A stretch of 63,732 nt of DNA, the filler included, from Conidiobolus incongruus B7586 (lineage: Eukaryota), in NCBI GenBank assembly GCA_000697335.1. It is 7 parts of 7 records of this genome, joined end to end, with 100 filler letters (N's around TTAATTAATTAA, not from the genome) between each part and the next. Parts side by side here need not be neighbours in the genome. Positions count along the whole stretch, not along the records: positions 17,030 to 29,935 come from JNEM01006346.1; positions 30,036 to 38,255 come from JNEM01006347.1; positions 38,356 to 49,582 come from JNEM01006349.1; 4 more parts are not named here. The stretch is one strand, 5' to 3'. The translations under genes were made by a program, and so were the position numbers. Under the pieces are notes generated by a model. The model had not been told where the DNA came from, made no database searches, and saw nothing but the letters and a program-made list of their open reading frames with translations. The first letter of the stretch is position 1. The number at the start of each line of letters is the position of its first letter. Below, one piece after another: positions 25,796 to 39,475 of the stretch.

Positions 25796-28700
25796 ATCTT
25801 CGCTAGCATTATCCCTTAAATTTAATTAATCAAGAAATCTTACTAGCTTAATAAACAATGTAAATAAAACCTTAAACCGAACCACGGACGAATTTCCGTT
25901 CACTTTAAAAATTTCTTAAGTGAAACTTCACGGATTTCATTCCGAATATTTGAAACCTAAAAATTTGATAATTTTTTTTTCTAAATTTATTTAAATTATA
26001 CTTTATTTAGTATTATCAAATAGAATTAAATTACTAATTATATAAATTTATTTTATTATTACAATTTTAACAAATAATTAGGTTTATATTTATATATTTA
26101 GTATAATTTCTTAATAGATACAATTTTAATACTTGATTAATTCTTATCAAATAGCATGTAGGTTTATTTATCCTATAATATCTCAATACCTGTTTATAAT
26201 TAAAATTAATTTATTAAAATATCAAATTTGCTAAATTTAGTAATTTTAAAAGACTTAATAAAAAAATAATTTTTATTTAAAATTTAGGTTTCAAAAAATT
26301 AGATAATTTTCAAACAAATGGCGTTGTGTTTTGTTTAGAATTTGTTTTACATTCTGAGAATAGTGAATAATTTTAGGAAATATAGCGAAATATTGAAATT
26401 GGAAATCAATAGATAAATTTGAAAATGGTGATTTGAGGTATGATAATGATATGGAAAAATATTAATTTGGTAATAGTTTATAATTGAGTAGAACATTTGA
26501 ACAAATGATAATTATTAAGTGGTTTTATAATGGCATTATCGGCAATATCACTAAATCTATTAAAAGAAATATATATGGCCTAAATATTAAAATAGAAATC
26601 TTCTAACTTGAGTAACACTATTTCAATAATTAACCAAATGTAAGGATGCTTCAATTTGAAATTTTTTAACAATTAAATTCTATTAATAAATTTGACATAT
26701 CCTTTTAAATATTAAAATTAGAATAAAATGGAAACTATATTGAAATAGAAATCCTGCCTATTTTAGTAATATTTCGGTTGTAATTTAGTATAAATTTGTA
26801 ATTATGTGAAAAGCGCAATGATAATCTCTCAATTGGAATCATTAAAATTATATTGGAGATCAAAATGAATAATCTGAAGCAAATACCCTATTTATGTTTC
26901 TGAAATAATATGTTCTTAGTCCTTATTTTTCAATAACATTGAATATTTTAAATGAACTACAATTAAAATTCTGTAAAGTGTAATTATTATGTATTTTAAA
27001 AACTGCATGTAACCTTGTATTCAATGAATTGAGGTAAAAATTGGAATTATCTAATAAAAAAATTTTATAATTGATTCATATTAAATTTGAATTGATAGAT
27101 ATTATTAAAATATACATTGAAATTTAATTGAAGTTTTTTCAACTTATATTCAATATATTAAAAGGTTAATCAATTTAAAATAGGAGGAAATAATGAATTG
27201 ATTAAATAAACTATTAATTCAATATATTAAAATAGTTAATAAAATAATATAACTATTTCTTTTAAAAATCAATTATTATTTAAATTTGATTTTTAACATT
27301 ATTCAACTCTCTCATCAAATTCTCTCCCAATTTCATAGTTTCATTTCTTGTATAATGATTAAGTTACTATGCATGAAATAATATTACAGACCTTATCACT
27401 CTTAAATATAATAAAAGGAAATACAACATAATCAACTAAATATCCTGATTTTATAATTTTAGTTAATCCAATTTAAAAGTTGGATAAAATTACGTTCAAT
27501 AAGATAAGCAAAGATCATTGAAACTTTTTAAGAAAAAAAATAAGATAATTATAATTAAAATAAAATAATGAGGTAATTTATTAGATATAAAATATTTATT
27601 ATATATATATATATATATATATTTATAAATTAGAATGATAATTTTTTCAATAAAATTTCAATAACTATATATAATGAATTATGAATAATTATTTAAAATT
27701 ATTACAAGTAATTATTAAAATTCAAATATTAATTTTAATAATTGCATTAGTTTTTAACATACATTTTTTTATTATTCATAAACAACATTACCTTTAAGAG
27801 TTTAAATTATATTTAATCCTAAACATAAATATATTAACCAAATATATCATTTTCATATTAAGAAAATACCGATATTGACCAATTATAACTTTTACTATAA
27901 TCTATTAATTCACTTAATTCAGAATATAGTATTCCCAAGCCAATTGTTGGAAAAGGTCCCATAAGGAAACTTTGCCAATTCTGGGATTTTTTTTCGCATC
28001 TATTTTCCACTAATATGTTTGGTATTTTATTATTTTATGTGCTTGTTAAAATCCTTACAATGGATATGAACTGGGCATCGATCCTCCTTGAGAATTTTGA
28101 AAGGCTTTAAAGTTGGATTAGATGTGTAGTATAGTGATGTCAATAAATGAAATTGCAAGCATATTGTTTTATTTTTCGGGATTGATGTAGTGGTTGAATC
28201 AGGTTTAGAATTGATCAATTATTTGATTTATTTCTTACTAATTAATCAGGTATATATTATATTTATAGTTATTATTATTATATCTTATTATAGATTTTGC
28301 AAATGTGATTAATTTATCAATTTCAATTTTTTGAAATTTTGAAGAATTTTCAACTAATCAGATTGCTTCAAATTATCACATGTCAGTACCGAAATTTGAA
28401 ACTTATTAGGTTGAAAAGTTGATCCGAAGAAATTTTCAAATTTGATTGAAAATAATTATCAAAAATTTATTTTAAATTTGTCTTACAATTAGGATGAATG
28501 TACTACCAACAAATTATAAATTTGTTAGGGACTGGGATTTAATATTAGTTTATGAATATGTGGTACATGTTAATTATTCATTAAGGAAGAATATGTTGAT
28601 CAATGGTTATTATGTTTGATTAAGAGGGATACAGTGTACGAATTTACTAAATATATGACCAATTAAAGTTTTTTCAAATTGTTGGTATAAACTACTCTAT

Positions 28701-30060
28701 TTAATTTACAATATGAGTTATTTCACTAATATATTCAATATAAAAGTTAACAACATGAAAATAGAGTTAAACTGAGAGATCTTAATAATTAAAGCAATAC
28801 TTTAATTTTTAAAAAATCAAACGATAATATAATTTAAAACTTTGATTATAAACAATAACTCATGCTTGAAATATTTTTCTATTTTATAATGTCAAACAAT
28901 ATATATTTAAAAATATGATTGATATTAGTTGAATAGTATATAGTAATAATAATTATTTTTGTTCAAACTATTATTAGATTAAACTAAAAATTCATTATTT
29001 GAAATTTAGTGATATATCTTAATAAATAATGCTTTGAAATATATTCATAAAATTTTTACTATTTGCCATATTTTTTTCATAATCGAATCTTAATTAAATT
29101 AGTCAGTAACAAAATTTATCGGATTTGAGACCGTAGAGGATGTTTCCTAATTATTCCAATTTTTCGCTAATTACTTTCCACTTTGCTTTAATTATAAGCA
29201 ATTGAAAAAGGCACCGAGTCAGTTTAATGTAGTTAATCTATAATATTAATGATTAAGTTCTAAAAGTATTGGTCATTCTATCATCATTATTCAAATTATT
29301 CAAAATTGATAAGATTTTTGGTGGAATAAAACATTTTATTAATTCAGAGTTGTAAGTTCTAAAATCGCTTCATTTCTTTAACTCTAATTCCAAAGTCATG
29401 AATTTTGTTAGTTATTTAATAAATATTTAATAATTTTGGGCAAATTATAAAGATATAACATTATTTAGTGATAATTCATTTAAATTAAATTTAATTAATT
29501 TTTTCTTTATTCTTTTATTATGTAAAATAATTCAAAATTTGATATTGATCAATAGATGAAATTATTATGACCAATCATAATTAAATAAGTTTTGATATGG
29601 AATTACATCTTTATTATTGAAAAAAATATAATTAAAAAAATAATAAAATAAAAGACTATAAAGTGTTTTTATGCAATAAAATAAAGTTAAAAATTTAATA
29701 ATTAAATATTTTTTAATTCAATTATTATTTTATGATCTAATACATATAAGATCAAATTTATAAATTAAATAAGTTAATTTTAAATTAATATAATATTTAT
29801 TAATATAAATTTTTAATAATTTTCAAAAAATTTAAGATTATTTTATAAAAATTGAAATATTATTATATTATATAATATGATAATTAGATTATTAAAATAT
29901 TTATTTTTTTAAAAATAAATTTTGATTTTTTAATTNNNNNNNNNNNNNNNNNNNNNNNNNNNNNNNNNNNNNNNNNNNNTTAATTAATTAANNNNNNNNN
30001 NNNNNNNNNNNNNNNNNNNNNNNNNNNNNNNNNNNATAATAAAAGATTTTATTGAAAGTT

Positions 30061-30522
30061 CTAACCACAAGTAGCATATTGGAATTTGACACACTCATCA
30101 TCTTCAAAAATTAATACCAAACGATCTGGGAGATACATTCTATCAAGGATCTCACAGGAAGTGTTGAATTCCTTCTTAACATCAGTCTCAAGCTTATTGC
30201 CAGCACTGAACTTGGTTCCATTACGGGTAGTTTGGTGCAATTTAAGAGTCCAGTATTTCTCATCACATTCAGCATCAGGTCTATTGTAACGTTGGTCTAG
30301 TGCTTTGTTTTTCTTAACACCATCTGCAATACCAGGATATCTGGAAAGCAATTCTTGAGCACTTAAGTTCTTTAAATCTTCGGATTTATTTGGTAGGGAA
30401 GGCTTATCGTTGGAGTCATCGGGGAATACGATTCTATCATTGTTATTGTTGTTTTGTGATCTGTTATTAGGGATGGCACCAATAGCAGACAATCCAACTA
30501 AAACTAAAAGACTGAATTTCAT
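30061..30522 (-). CDS. Small secreted protein, 153 aa, 4 Cys (paralog A)
   Basis: Signal peptide MKFSLLVLVGLSAIGA. A same-length paralog at 33529-33990 has the frame and Cys positions conserved. Confidence 0.9.
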   Translation of the reverse strand: MKFSLLVLVGLSAIGAIPNNRSQNNNNNDRIVFPDDSNDKPSLPNKSEDLKNLSAQELLSRYPGIADGVKKNKALDQRYNRPDAECDEKYWTLKLHQTTRNGTKFSAGNKLETDVKKEFNTSCEILDRMYLPDRLVLIFEDDECVKFQYATCG

Positions 30523-33500
30523 TATTACTTATAAAATATTATATTTAGTGATGAGTATGATATATGGGTAGCAAGTGACTATATATAGCCCAATTCAATT
30601 GAAATTGAACCTGATAATCGATATGCAGTGTGATTCCAATATTGTAGCACTAAAGTATTCGTCGGAATGATCTGTAGCAATATAATCCACATCCAGCATT
30701 TGTATCTACATCTCTGTATAATGATTGTACTGAACCTGATCTATTGATACTATTACATTTTTTTAAAATATATATATACATTTATTAAAAAATTAAAACT
30801 TTCAGTTCGTACACTTGAATCCTTAACAAATTTTTAGCATTGCTATTCATTAAATTTGAAAAATTAACGACATTATATAAAAATGTAATACCTCAATATT
30901 ATAATAATTTAATTAAATTGGCTTTCATTGTCATTCAAATTAAAGTTAATATCTTAATAAAATAAATTAATTTTCAATATCAAGTTAAATTTCTGCAGCT
31001 TTCAGGATACAGCCCCAAAGAAAATGTTTGTCAAGTTTATTGGTTTTCAATCTCCCATTTTAGTTAATAGATCCCGATCCTCAAAGATTTTTATCTGATG
31101 TCTCGGAAATTAGTCAAATCAAATGGATTTTCGATTTAATAGTGTATATGCATTGCTATCTGATTGATTCTTTAGCCTATTATTTACTCTAGTCAGATAT
31201 CACAAAATTATAATTTAACAATATATCCTCACTGAGATTTATAAATCTATTCTCACTCTAAAATAATATGGATTAATAATTAAATTAAATAGAATGTTAT
31301 GATTTCATTTATGGCTATTGTATGACGTAAAATATACTTTATATTATAATAACTATTAAATATTAATATCCGCTTAATATTTTGAATTTCAAAAATGAGG
31401 GAACTTGAATTATATTAATATTGTTTCGTTATTAAAATTATAGGGTTAATATACAATGTCGTTGAAGTATTTTATTTTTGATATTATTACTTGATTATTT
31501 ATATTATATATGAATTTTTCTATCAAGTTATTTTATTAATTAATAATCTTAAAATAAATTTCATTCTTTATTATTTATATATTTTGTCGATTAAATTAAT
31601 CTTTTCAAAGAATATGAAAATTTATATTATAGAGATATCTATATATTTTATTTGATAAAAAAATAAATATTATTTCTCATATTATAAAATAAATTTTAAA
31701 GATTATATTAAAAATATATGTAGTTATTGCTCTAAGGGATGAAAAATTCATAATGATTTTTATAATATCATTAATATTTATGAAAATATACCATTAAATT
31801 TGAATACGTACCATTTGAATTTATTATTAATATTATATAGACTAATTTTTATGATTATCACGAGTTTGCAAAGCTATTATTAGATATATATTAATTGTAA
31901 CTAGTCAAATACATATTGTTTTAAATTTAGCATTTTAAAATATATACTGATTATTATGGAGAGGTTAATCTTTAAATTAATAGTATCTATTTTAATACAA
32001 AATATTACGAAAATTTAATTTCATTCATTTATTATATACGAAATTGAAAAATATATTTATTTTATTTGAAAAATCAGTATAACTAATCTATAGAATAATT
32101 CATTAACAATTATAAATAAATCGAATAAATGTTAGTATTAGTAGTATATATAGTCAATTTTATATATAAATCAAATTTTAAATCAAAACTAATTAATAAT
32201 CTAAATAATAGAATAATTCAATGATAATATAATTTCATTATTAAAAGTTTTTATTATTTTTACATATCTTTCAATGAATATATTTGTAGAAATTAGACTA
32301 ATTTATAATTTAATAAATCATTGTAGATTTGAATTTTATATCCAAATATTTATTATTTAAATAAGGAAAATAGATGATAAATATATGTACTGAAAATTGG
32401 TATATTTTACTTCTTAGTCCAATTATACTATATTTAATTGACAAATAATATATATAATTATAAAAGATCAATTTTTTAACTATTATATAATCCAATATAT
32501 AAATGTATTATTCAAATATAAATGTATATATTCACTTACACCAAACCCCAAAGTATTTTTTTATGAAAAAAGACTAACGATAATTATCTTGATTAAATAC
32601 AGTAAATAATATCTATTTCCAATAAATAATGATTGTGCATATTTTATAAATTAAAACCAGGAAAAATATTGAATATAATTGAATCAAAATATAAATGATA
32701 AGTAAGGCATTTAAGACAAAATATTAATTAAACATTATTATCACTATATTTTTCAAACATAATATATTTGAAGATTGGAAATATAATAAATAAATTCATT
32801 ATTTTATTGATAATTATTAATCAAGCTTTATATAAATTATTTATATTTTGAAATTATAACAAAATAGTAAAACCATTATTAATAATTTGAAATATTAGTC
32901 AATTTAAATAATATTTAAAATGTCAATATGATAAATAAATAATGAAAAATATAAAAATTATACTCTTTTGAGAATTCAACTTTTTATAGTAATATAATAA
33001 ACAATGGTTAAAAATATATAGTTTGTTTGTTATACTGGGTCATTTAAAAGCAACAGCTATAAATATTGATATTGGCAATAGAAGATGATCCAATTTGAAT
33101 CTCAGTATTTTTAATATTTAAAAAGTAGTTTATTTTTTTGTTTTTGATATAATTAAAAATCTTTGGAATATTTTAAGAATAAACTTAACAATTTTTATAT
33201 ATTAAATTTACAATTCCAAAATTAAGACAGTGCATTGGAGCATTAATATTGAAATATTAGTTGATATTTTATCTTAATATATAAATATTGTCAAAAATTA
33301 TTTTCATTCAAAATTAATCAAAATTTTAGATTGAAAATACAATAATTTGATAAAATAAAGAATTTTCTGTAAATATTAAATCATAAAATTTATTTTCTAA
33401 TATACGCCACATATATAATGAATATCCATATTTTAATATATTAATCATTTTATCAAATTTATTAGGCTATTGAAATATAAATTTAATGATTGTATTTAAA

Positions 33501-33528
33501 AATGAATCTAGAATTTTTATTAAAAAGC

Positions 33529-33990
33529 TTAACCACATGAGGCATATTGGAACTTTTCACAGTTTTCGTCCTCAAAAACTAATACTAAACGTTCAGGATC
33601 ATAGTTTCTAGTGATTGGTTGACAGGAAGTGTAAAATTCCCTCTTAACATCAGTGACAAGTTTATTGCCAGCACTGAACTTGGTTCCATTACGGGTAGTT
33701 TGGTGCAATTTAAGGGTCCAGAATTTCTCATCACATTGAGAATCTGGTCTATTGTAACGTTGGTCTAGTTCTTTACTTTGTTTAACACTATCTGAAATGC
33801 CAGGGTATTTGGAAATCAATTCTTGAGCACTCAATTTGTATAGTTCATCAGGATTATTGGGGAGGGACGGCTTATCGTTAGAGTCATCGGGGAATACGAT
33901 TCTACCGTTGTTATTGTTGTTTTGTGATCTGCCATTACGCATAGCACTAATGGTAGACAATCCAACTAAAACTAAAAGACTGAATTTCAT
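33529..33990 (-). CDS. Small secreted protein, 153 aa, 4 Cys (paralog B)
   Basis: Signal peptide MKFSLLVLVGLSTISA. Ungapped alignment to paralog A, and about 150 bp of upstream sequence is also homologous. Confidence 0.9.
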   Translation of the reverse strand: MKFSLLVLVGLSTISAMRNGRSQNNNNNGRIVFPDDSNDKPSLPNNPDELYKLSAQELISKYPGISDSVKQSKELDQRYNRPDSQCDEKFWTLKLHQTTRNGTKFSAGNKLVTDVKREFYTSCQPITRNYDPERLVLVFEDENCEKFQYASCG

Positions 33991-36610
33991 ATTTATTTAT
34001 AATTAATTATATTTGCTTATGAATGTGATAGCTAGCTGGAGTGTTATTATATATGCGATTCAACTCACTTTCAATTGAATTATTTATATGCAGTGTAATC
34101 TCATTATCTTAGCCCTAAGACATTCTTCGGATTCATCTCTCTTTATTGAATATAAAAACTATTAGAAATCAACTTCAGGTTTAACAACAAATTGTAGTAT
34201 TTACCTTAATGATCATTAATTAACCAAAATTATAATTATTTAAAAATTTGTCACATGATATTAATTTTCCTCTTCGAGTTTTTAGGCGAATCTGAAATTA
34301 ATTTTTTATATCAATAGTAAGATTTTTTATATATTCCCAATCTTTAAGTTGAAATATATTCCATTTTGATTATGTTTTATAAACGATGATAATATCTCAA
34401 ATTGTGAGAAAATATGAATGGAATTTCCCAATTATTATAATTATTTTGAATTTAATATTCTGATTACTCAGTATTTAAATATGAATATACATTGCTTATC
34501 AATAATTGGCAATAATCTTCTATTTCATATACTACATTACAAGACATCTGTTCATCTAATATAACACTATCAATTTAATGAAAATCATATTATTTGTAGT
34601 ATCACAATTTTGTTCTCATATTCTGATCCTAAATTAAATATTTAACTTAATATGGTTAATTTTTTCCCCAATTTTCTTTTTGAAAGCAAATTTAATGACC
34701 AACTCTCGGTATCAATCTAGTGTGGCTTTCATTATACTTAGATTTTTGATATTTCTAAAGAATTTATTGAATAATTTTTGTATTTTCAAAGCCTATAAAG
34801 GAAACATAAGTTTAATTATATGAGGATATTTTATGTACTTGTATTCACTATAAGCTGTTTTACACACTATTAAATCTTATTACAAATTTTCTATATAGGT
34901 TTTAATACTTTTAAAGTTGATTCTCTATATCCTAAAAATACTCTAATAATTATCTTAATGCAATTATAATGTTTCAAAGTGTTGTAACTAAAAAATATTT
35001 AAAATTCTGTCCAAAAATAAATATTTGTTATCAAGTTTTTAAATTCCCTATTTGAAAAAAAGGACAAATATTATTATATTTTGTTGGCAAAAATCTTAAT
35101 ATTAGTCAAATTGTTGAAAATTTTGATTAATTCCATGATTAAGTAGTTTTTGAGGAATATTAGGAAAAACCATATTTAAAATTAACCCTATATATTTTGA
35201 AGCAAAATTCACAAAATTCAATGACACATTTTAAATATAGAATCAATTAACAATTTGATATAGAAGCAATTAATGAAATACAATTTAAATCGCTTTTTTA
35301 AAAAAATTTTTATTGAAGAATTAAGTTTGATTTAATTCAGTTGTGTACTGATATTATCAGATTAAAAACTTAATTTTCGCACCATAACCAACATATATCA
35401 ACAGCTTGGTTAATATTAACGACTTGCTAAATTGTAATTATATTATCAAATATTATTTTAATTCAGTTGTATTTTTTTAATATCAATCATAACCCAATAT
35501 ATTTTAAATTAATTAACAAAATTCAGAATTAAGCAGAACTATTATATTGAATTGTAATTATTAAAATATATCCCTGTTTAATATATCCAAATTAATATAC
35601 TATAGTGTATATTTTCTAATAGTTAATTATTGTTATATTCACTTAAATTTAATGAATTTCCAATTGAAAATCATTAGATAATAGTTAATGATCCAAGAAA
35701 AATTTTATGAGTGGTCGATCAATATATTATAAGCATTTTTCAGGGAATAATAAATAATTACTTTATTATCAATTTTAATATCTCAATTTCAACGAATTTA
35801 TTTTCTTATATAAATTTGTAATAGAATTGATTTTTTCAAATGTTTGAATTCAAAATTTCTTTTGTCAAATATTATTTTATGTATTCGATAATGATAAACA
35901 ATATTGACAACTAAAATAGATATAATACTATAAATATAAAATTCATATAAGAAATTGACTATTTTTCAATTTTGCTAAAATACGCAAAACAATATTATAT
36001 ATTTGTAATATATTAATCACGCATTTTTGCTATATTTCATTAATATGTACTATAGAGAGTTAAAAAAGATTTTAATTATTGTATAAATTAATAGCTATTT
36101 AATAGGCAGTAATACTTGTTATATCTTAAAAGATGATGATTAAAGCAAATAATAATAATATTATTAATAGATTAAAGTTATGGCAGATTTAAAAATAATT
36201 TATTAGTCAAATCCTATCTGTTCTCATACCAAAATCCTTGAAATAGAAATAATAAATAAATTATCTCAATAAGAGTCAATATATTAACTTAAAAGCAAAT
36301 CAAATAAATATAATATTATTTTCTAATTTTTGTGATTAATAATATATAAGTATATTGCCCCATTCGGTTATTATATTTGATATCTATATTAATATAGATT
36401 CAAAGGTTAACTATTTAATCAATAATTTAATAAATATAATATTAATAATTAAAACCATAGTTTTCTATATATTTGGAATATAATAATTTACTTAAAAATT
36501 AAAAGAATAGGAAATATGTTAAATACTGAATCCTTAAATATATTATTAATTAAATAAAAAATGATATAAAAGTTTAATATAAAATTTATCATTTAAATTA
36601 TATATATATA

Positions 36611-37928
36611 TTACTCTGTATTTTCAATAATGGGAATTTTTTGCAATTAAAAATAAATAAACATTCTAATATATATTATATAAAGATAAATATATAATAT
36701 AAACTTAATAGTTTCTTTTATTATTAATAACTTTTTACTATATTTTTAATAAACTTTTAACACCTAAAAAACAATTCTTTTTATAAAAAACTAAAATTTG
36801 ATGTTTTAAACCAATTAAATTTTCTTGTAGAAATTTTCTTTCTTATAAGTTAGTTTTTTAATTACTTAAAGCAATTATAATCACATAGGTTATAATCTAA
36901 AGAATATATTAGATGTAGTAGTTTTTTCTAGTTTTTTTTAATTAGAAAGTTTTTTACAGTTTTAGATTTATGTATTTTACAATTATCATGCAAAATAATA
37001 GGTTTTTTAAATTATATTAAGAATACTAATTAGAAATGCTTATATTTAAAAAAACAATATAAAGTTTACTATTAATTAATTTTCCTTCAAGAACTAAATG
37101 AAAGTAGCATACACTATTATAATATATTACAATAATAAACATTTATTTATTAACATAATATTTATTTAAAAGGATTTATAAAAGGGGTTAATTTAATTTA
37201 ATCTAATATTTTGATTTATGTTTTAGTAAAAGATTATATATAAAGATCTAAAATTCATCAATTGAAATTATTTCCTATAAAAGTTTAAGCTTCTAGTAAT
37301 ATTTTAATAGGTTTTGTTTAACAATAGCTATTCTAACTTGTTTTTAAGCTTTAGTTAAACTATAATGTATTTATTTTATATTTTTATTCATTAATTTCAA
37401 TTTAAACTTTAATATATATAAAACACTTATAAAACTAATAAAATGTTTAGATAATTCTATAACTAAAATAAAAAGAATCTTATAAATATATTTTTTCACT
37501 TTATTAATAGTTAAAAAAGTAAGAGTTAAATTTAACTTTATAAATTTTAATAGGTTTTAGATAATTTCTTTTTTAACCTTAAAGTAATTTACCTAGTAAT
37601 AAATTATTAGTTTAAATAATATTTTATTATCAAAAGCTATTTGTAAATTTAAAATAATTTTAAATTACTTATGGTTAAGTTTTATTAATACTAAAATAAA
37701 AAACTTTTGATGATAATTATTTAGTTTAAATATAATTAAATTAAATAACCAATGATAAAAAGTTAATTTTTTAATTAAAAAAATTATTATTATTATTATT
37801 ATATATATAATTATATTAAAAATATATAATTTCCTATTAACTTTGTATATATTTAATTATTTCAAATTAATAATATATTTGACAAATCAAAAAATAAAAA
37901 ATTTCCCATTATTTCAAATACAAGGTAA
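36611..37928 (-). mobile_element. Full-length (1318 bp) hypermutated mariner-family transposon
   Basis: TA flanks at 36609-10 and 37929-30. About 30-bp TIRs: TTACTCTGTATTTTCAATAATGGGAATTTTTT versus reverse complement TTACCTTGTATTTGAAATAATGGGAAATTTTT. Minus-strand relic LLHLIYSLDYNLCDYNCFK*LKN*L corresponds to LPHPxYSPDxxPCDY. Confidence 0.88.
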
Positions 37929-37948
37929 TAATACTTTTTATTATAATA

Positions 37949-38255
37949 TTAGTATGGAAATTAAGAAATGGCAAATTTTTTAATTTCTGATCTTTCAAAC
38001 ATATTATACATTTTGAAAGATTATATATATATAAAATATATAGGAAAATAAATATTTTCAAACTATATATATATATTCAATTTTAATTATTATTTTTATT
38101 AAAATATTTTGATTTTAAAATTTACACTTAAATTTAATCATGCTTAAACCAGATTGTGATTATCAAAAGGCTTTTATTTTTGTATCTTTAAAACTTAACC
38201 ATAAACCCTCTAAAATCATCCAAAACTTGCAAACAGCTTATGGAGATGGTGCTTT
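37949..38255 (+). mobile_element. 5' end of a much less mutated mariner copy; transposase starts at 38140 and is cut by a gap
   Basis: The ORF from 38140 reads MLKPDCDYQKAFIFVSLKLNHKPSKIIQNLQTAYGDGA, a mariner N-terminal HTH (L..AYGD.AL). It is homologous to the decayed copies but retains C/G. Confidence 0.8.
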
Positions 38256-39225
38256 NNNNNNNNNNNNNNNNNNNNNNNNNNNNNNNNNNNNNNNNNNNNT
38301 TAATTAATTAANNNNNNNNNNNNNNNNNNNNNNNNNNNNNNNNNNNNNNNNNNNNTAACCTATTAGTAATAGGATATTATAAAATTAATTTATCTATTAA
38401 ATAATTTTAAATAGAAATAGATTATATTAAAAGTATTTATTCAAAATATTATTATTAGATTAATTTATTTGTTTGAAAAAATATATATCCAATAAAAAAT
38501 TATATTTCAATTAAAAAATTATATTAATTATAATAAAAATTAAGTATTTCATTCAAATATAAATAAACAATTTAAGATAATAAATGAATAAATTATTAAA
38601 TAATTCTTATTTTTTAGATTAATAAATTAAGAGAAATGCTAATATTTTTTTAAAATAGTTTGATTTAATTCTTAGATAATATTAATCTCAAAATAAATAA
38701 ATAAATGATAAAAGGTGTATAAAATATTAAAATTAAGCTTATAGAAATAAAATTTATATTCTAAGAAACTGTATAATTTTAAATAAATTTATAATTAATT
38801 AACAACTCTTGGCCTTTGCTAATATAAATAGAACTTGATCTATATCTTAATTATATCATATATTTTGAAATTAATTTATAGAACAGTAAATATCTTTGAA
38901 CTATTATTTAAATATATATTCGAGAAACAGTATAAATAGGTAAAAATTAAAACTATCTTGATTTTACTCCATTATGTATTTGACTTTGAAAATATGTTAT
39001 TATTATTTTTTTCATCTAACCCTATTATTTACAACTATACAGTTTTTGTTGATTTATTATTTACATTTATTTTATTATTATTAAGAAGTTAAATAACGTT
39101 TACATCTATATTATAAATAGTAATATATTTGTTGAAAAACTTTATATTAATTTAAAAAATTATTAAATCGGCTTATTAGAAATTAATCTATTCGAAAAGT
39201 GTCAATTACTTAATAATTATTATAC

Positions 39226-39475
39226 TGTGGTTCTACCGATTGCTAGTAGAACGTTAATAATAGATAAAGAAGCGGCTTGTTTATGGCCTGTTTGGTAGTT
39301 TAGGTTAGGGTGTTGTATTGGGGCTTGTTAAGGGTTTAATGCGCTTCACAGAAGACCAGATGTGATGATGATAATGTATCTTTTATAGACCAATTGTGGG
39401 CTGTAGGTAGTGTAAAGAAGTGTATTGGGTTGCGAGATGAAGTTGGTCGGACCGGTTACTATTTATTTAACCACA
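39226..39475 (-). mobile_element. Solo LTR, 250 bp, GC-retaining
   Basis: Terminal inverted TGTGGTT...AACCACA, with a 4-bp direct repeat ATAC on both flanks. TATA-like CTATAAAAG on the minus strand near 39385. Sharp GC contrast with the flanks. Confidence 0.8.

Noticed and set aside
30415..30440. RIVFPD motif as mimicry of insect Spaetzle pro-domains
   Set aside because: It rests on my recollection of a short motif only. The proteins have 4 Cys, too few for a cystine knot, so it is unsupported without a structure search.
39298..39312. TTTAGGTTAGGG as a telomere seed or telomerase RNA template
   Set aside because: It lies inside a 250-bp unit with TG...CA inverted ends and a TSD, better explained as an LTR. 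It is only about 1.3 exact repeats.
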